Source: the human T2T-CHM13v2.0 reference genome, Homo sapiens. Taken from it: 64,000 nucleotides of DNA. Position numbers and translations under genes: made by a program. The stretch is from NCBI RefSeq assembly GCF_009914755.1, contig NC_060941.1; one strand, written 5' to 3'. The notes below the pieces were generated by a model that saw only the letters and a list, made by a program, of their open reading frames with translations, did not search any database and was not told the DNA's origin. Shown in pieces: positions 46,306 through 64,000 of the stretch; position 1 is the first letter of the stretch, and every line of letters starts with the position of its first letter.

Positions 46306-46489
46306 AAAAGATAACTTTGGAACACCACCTGAGAATGTTACTTACAATGAATCCTGTCCTCATTCTCATTTACTTATTTGGATGGAGTTTCCTGAAATTT
46401 GTCTCACTATCATCTAGGATCCTTTTTCTTTCTCCAACTGGGAGATTGTGTCTGGTTTGGAAACTGCAAGCCCTGTTCAGGAAAAGGGA

Positions 46490-46815
46490 AAAGACCCAAG
46501 GCACACACCCAGTCCCCAGGTGATCATCAGGCCCAGGTGAAAACTCAGGCCTTAGGTGCACATCCGGCCTCAGGTGGACACCCAGGCCCCAGGTGATCAC
46601 CAGTCCCCAGGTGGACACAAGGCCTTAGGTGAACAACAAGACCCAGTAGGCCATCAGGCCCCAGCTGGATACAGTCCCCAGGTGAACACAAGGCCCCCAG
46701 AGGGACATAGGCCAAGGCAGTCATCAGGCCCTAGGTGGACATCAGGCCTGAGGACGACATCTGGCCCCTGGTGAACATCAGGCACAGGTGTCCAAGCAGA
46801 CCCTGGGTGGACATA
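46490..46815. repeat. Degenerate ~20-bp tandem repeat (CCCCAGGTGGACACCCAGGC-like) upstream of the CDRT15 copy
   Basis: CAGGTG recurs every ~19-21 nt, ~15 units. Confidence 0.85.
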
Positions 46816-47015
46816 ACTGTGTACGGGTCAGGAGATGACCTGAGGGGAGGGTGAGTAGTCAGTAACCCAGTGGAGTCCTGAGTAGGCTTATGGAAGGAAG
46901 GGGCCTAGGGGACAGAACCGTAAAGAAGCGACCTCACTTCCTCGATGATGACACACACGAACAGAACTTAGAACTCTGGTAACCAGGCACCCATATCCTA
47001 GAGTCAGCGCTGTAA

Positions 47016-48201
<1,186 letters not shown>

Positions 48202-48524
48202 GTTTGATTTCTGAAACTTCTCACCTTTTTGAACTCCCTAATGTTAGATGGTGTTTTTGAGGCTATCCTGAAAATCTCGGATAGTTGTGTCTTTTGTTGT
48301 GGTTGTTTGTGTGGCTGAATTACCATCGAGTCATCTGTTATTGGAAACCTTTCAGGTATGGCTTTTAGAAGACCTTGACCCACTCTTGCCTGTTTTGACT
48401 CTCTGGTTTATTGTGGAAAGAGGGATGATGTAGGCTCATGTCTCCGGCAGATCAATCACCTTTTGCCATCAAGGATTTGGCATCAGAGTTTCCAAGAATT
48501 ATGTGTGCAAATTGACATGCTGGT

Positions 48525-48875
48525 ACTTTAGCTAATCTGGGTGTCAAAACAGAATGCCATAGACTAGGTGTAGCATAGAAAATTGATTTCTCACAGTTCT
48601 GGAGATGGTAAAATCCAAGGTCAAATGGTCAGCAGATTCCGTGTCTGCAGAGGGCTGGCTTCCTGGTTCATAGACAGCCATCTTTTTACTGTGTCTTTAC
48701 ATGACAGAAGGGGTGAGGGAGCTCTCTGCAGTCCCTTTGATAGGGACACCAATTCCATTCATGAGGTCCCTGCCTTCATGAACTGAATCACCTTCCAAGG
48801 CCCCACCCCCAAATACCATCACATAGAATCCAATGCATGAATTTGAGGAGGACAATAACATTTGCTTTATAGAAT
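48525..48875. mobile_element. MLT1A-like LTR
   Basis: TTTCTCACAGTTCTGGAG...TCCAAGGTCAA...CCAAATACCATCACA. Confidence 0.7.
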
Positions 48876-48989
48876 CAGGTCACCCCGAGCCATATGCACT
48901 CACAGGAAATCTATAATCTTCTATTAAGTATTTGCTGGTCCCCTCTGGGGATTGTCTAAACAGAATTGTCTAAACAAAAATTTAGACAA

Positions 48990-53772
<4,783 letters not shown>

Positions 53773-53774
53773 TT

Positions 53775-56520
<2,746 letters not shown>

Positions 56521-56521
56521 T

Positions 56522-57635
56522 TATATCTGTGAATTTTAAGTATATATTTATTAAATATTGACAAATGTATGTCAGTGTAATACAAATCTCTATGAATATC
56601 TACAATATTTGTCCACATATGTTTTGTCTTATCCCCTCTCTTTTTTTCTTCTGGGATTCCAATTAGGTATAATAGATATATGTTGGACCTTTTGATATGG
56701 TTCTGTGGGTCTCTGAGACTATCTTTTTTCAAGTATCTTTTTTCTCTCTTCTTTAAATTCAATAATACTGATCTTTTTTCAAGTTCACTGTCTCTTCTTC
56801 TGTTATCTTCATTCTGCAGTTAAACCTATTGATGAATTTTTTAATTTAGACATTGCATTTTTTTTAGTTCTAGAGTTTATAGTTCATTGCTATAGTTTTC
56901 CTCTACTGCAATTTCTGATTTTTACATTATTGCAAACCTAGATAGATTCGGCCTTTAACCACATAGATTCTGCCATTAACATTACTTACTACACTTGCTT
57001 TATCAAATATCCATCCTCCTATCCATTCTTCTATCCATTATTAATCCTCCTTTTGGGGGGAATGAATTTCAGAGTAAATTGAAGACACCAATAAATATTT
57101 CCTTCTGAATACTTAAACATATATATCATTTATTGGACTTCAATGATCTCTTTACAGTTTTCTTCTGACATCAATTTTATGCACAATGAGCTCCCAAGTG
57201 AATATTTGTTGAATTTTGTGTATATTTGTGAATTTTAAGTGTATATTTATTAAATATTGACATATGTATGTTGGTGTAATACAAATCTCTATGAAGATCT
57301 ACAGTATTTGTCCACATGTATTTTGTCTTATCCCCTCTCTTTTCTTCTTCTGGGATTCCAATTAGGTATAATAGGTATATGTTGGACCTTTTGATATGGT
57401 TCTGTGGGTCTCTGAGACTATTTTTTTTCTAGTATCTTTTTTCTCTCTTCTTTAGGGTCAATAATATTGATCTTTTTTCAAGTTCACTGTCTCTTCTTCT
57501 GTTATCTTCATTCTGCAGTTAAGCCTAGTGATGAATTTTTTATTTAGACATTGCATTTTTTAGTTCTAGAGTTTACAGTTCATTGTTATAGTTTTCCTCT
57601 ACTGCAATCTCTGATTTTTACATTATTGTAAACCT
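56522..57635. repeat. Local duplication of ~420 bp (56522-56940 and 57222-57635) of old antisense L1 sequence
   Basis: GTGAATTTTAAGT...TTTTACATTATTG(C/T)AAACCTA occurs twice, offset ~700. Confidence 0.93.
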
Positions 57636-57924
57636 ATTTTCTTTCATGTATGTGAGCTTTAAAATCTTTGTCTGCTAATTTCAGCATTTAGGTCATCTGG
57701 GTTTGGATTCTGTGGATAGTCTTTTTTCTTGAAAAGGGATCACATTTTCTTGTTTCTTTGTATATGGAGTAATTTGGGGTTGGATTCTTGATATCAGTAT
57801 CAAAAATATTGAATGTTACGTTGTGGAGGCTCTAGGTTCAGTTACATTCCTCTGAGAAGGTTCTTTCCTTCCTCCCTCTCTTCTTTCCTCCCTCCCTTCC
57901 TCCTTCCCTTTCTCCTTTCCTTCC

Positions 57925-58334
57925 TGATATGGTTTGGATATTTGTCCCCTCCAAATCTCATGTGTTTCCCAATGTTGGAGGTGGGGCCTGATGGGAGGTG
58001 ATTGGATCACAGGGCAGATCCCTCATGAATGACTTAGCACCATCGCCTTGATTCAAAGTGAGTTTCTCGCTCTGAGTTCCTATGAGATCTGGTTTTTTAA
58101 AAGAGCATGGCACCTCCCCTGTGCATCTCTTGCTCCTGCTGTGACCAGGTGATGTGCCTGCTCCCCCTTTGACTTTGGCCACGAGTGTAAGCTTCCTGAG
58201 GCCCTTACGAGAAGCAGATGCTGGCACTATGCTTCCTGTGCACTCTGCAAAACTGTGAGCAAATGAAACCACAGTTTTTTATAAATTACCCAGCTTCAGG
58301 TATTCCTTTATTGTGATGCAAACAGACTAACACA
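57925..58334 (+). mobile_element. MSTB-like LTR
   Basis: TGATATGGTTTGGATATTTGTCCCCTCCAAATCTC...ACAGACTAACACA. Confidence 0.85.
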
Positions 58335-58849
58335 ACTCTGTCCCCTTCTTTCCTTTCTTTCTTCCTCCCTTCTACCAAACAAGTAAGTTGGTTGGACTTA
58401 AACTACAAATTTTGTCTTGGGTGGTAGTTCAGAGATCAGCCAGATATTTGAACAGGCTTTATTTACAGAATTTGGGAATCTCTCCTTTCCAGGAATCCCC
58501 ACCTTACTTTTCTGCAGCTCTGATTTCCCTGAACTCTACGCTGTGGTTCTTCAGGCCAGAAAGACTGAGTTTTCTATTGGAGCTTTATATACCCTGTGTG
58601 GTGCCAACTTTGATGTGTACTCAGGCTAAAAGTCAGTAAAAATACATAACTCACTTTGTGCCATTACCTTTTTCCCAAGAGTCAACTCCTGTCCGGATCT
58701 GTATTACTTTTCTTTACTCTTCCTTGCCCAAAGGATTTTTATTTGCTTGTTTTGTTTTAGTTTTGGTCTAGAGTTTATTGTTATCTCCAAGAGAGTTGGG
58801 TCTGGCAGGAGTGATTATCTTTTTTAATTTCAATTTTAATTTTAATTTT

Positions 58850-59150
58850 AATTTTTTTGTTTTGAGACAGAGTTTTGCTTTGTCACTCAGGCTGGAGTGC
58901 CGTGGCATGGTCTGCGCTCCCTGCAATTTCTACCTCCTGGGTTCAAAGAATTCTCGTGCCTCAGCCTCCTGAGTAGCTGGGACAACAGCCACGCACCACC
59001 ATCCCCAGATAATTTTTGTAATTTTTAAGAGTAGAGATGAGGTTTCACCATGTTGGCCAGGCTGGTGTCAAATTTCTGTCCTCAAGCAGCTCACTTGCCT
59101 TGGCTTCCTAAAGTGCTGGGATTACAGATGTGAACCACTGCGCCCAGCCA
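58850..59150 (-). mobile_element. Alu
   Basis: Antisense Alu consensus. Confidence 0.88.
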
Positions 59151-59799
59151 AATTTTAATTACTTAAAGAAAGAAGAAAATATGAACCCAGTGTCTGGCCT
59201 ACCATCTTATTTTGTGCATATCAATAGTACTTCTCAAAAAATAGTTTTTGAAAGTTCTGGCTCACAGAATGCCCAATCAATTGATCTTTGTCTTTTTTTC
59301 ATACTTGTTAACAATGTTGGGATCAAACCATGCAGTCTTATAATCTGTTTTATCCACATAATATATTGTGACCATTTCATGTTTGTTGCTTTTTGATGAC
59401 TTCATAGTATTTCTTCATATGGATATACCATAATTCATACAACAAATTTTCTATTTTTAGGTAATTTTGAGTTTTTAATGTATTATTATCAGAAAAAAGG
59501 TAATAAATATCTTCCTGGCAATATGTGATAGCTTTTCTTATGTCCTTCATGTTGCACTCACTAAAAAGCATTGCCTTTTAAGTTGAATGAGGGAGAAACT
59601 GGTTAACTCTTAAATCATAGGTTATATATTAGAGAGAAAATTACTTTTATTAGAGTCAAGAAAGTAAGGTGGTACCTCATTATAAAGAAGCTAAATACGT
59701 GTATGTATGTATGCATATGTGAATAATGGGTTGAGATAGAGAAGATTTTGAGAGGATAGGGCAGACTGCTATCAATGACTAACATTGTCTTTCAAGAAT

Positions 59800-63240
<3,441 letters not shown>

Positions 63241-63466
63241 TTTAAACCTTTGAAGAATTTAGTTTTATGTCTATATATTATTCCCAATGTGATCACTAAC
63301 CTTGAAAGGAATTTGAGCTATGTTTTATCATTTTTAAATTATGAGACACAATACACATAGAAAAATCCACAAAACAAAAATATACAGCTCAGTAATTTAT
63401 TACAAAGCGGAACACCTGTGTAGGTATCACCTAGGTAAAGAAAGAGTATTACTAGTAACCCAATAG

Positions 63467-63920
<454 letters not shown>

Positions 63921-64000
63921 TGCTTTTCTTACTTCTTACCACTTAAGCGCATATCCCTGAATGTTGTAGTTTAAGTTTTTCTGTTTTCTGAACTTTATAT

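Noticed and set aside
46490-46815. Regularly spaced repeats as CRISPR or iterons
   Set aside because: Contiguous degenerate tandem units with no unique spacers

Overview
This is primate genomic DNA (almost certainly human), dense in Alu, L1 and LTR repeats. From memory it matches the 17p12/p11.2 low-copy-repeat region: ZNF286A 3' end, TBC1D26, CDRT15P2, and a ZSWIM5 pseudogene. No prokaryotic-type system, CRISPR array or structural RNA gene is visible, and most short ORFs in the track come from Alu/L1 sequence or GC-rich chance. Main content: (1) TBC1D26 (+), a TBC1D3/USP6NL-family gene. Twelve coding-type exons can be traced by GT-AG sites from ATG 17661. The canonical splice path is frameshifted at exon 8/9 (250 aa), but an upstream donor restores the frame through four more intact exons. 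(2) A NEK4 retrocopy (-, ~31030-32060) fused to an Alu 3' tail. It has become strongly GC/CpG-rich toward an adjacent GGCTGAGG minisatellite, forming a CpG island with a 391-codon ATG ORF. (3) A CDRT15-family pseudogene (+, 47052-48013) with two visible lesions. (4) A semi-processed ZSWIM5 retrocopy (-, ~48990-53772) that retains one intron. (5) Several layers of duplication: ~1.9/2.3-kb direct repeats bracketing the 44-kb cassette, a ~1.55-kb tandem duplication 5' of TBC1D26, an 85-bp Z-DNA/E-box duplication and a 420-bp local duplication. Gene and repeat-family names rest on recalled sequences, not on searches. Repeat boundaries are approximate.
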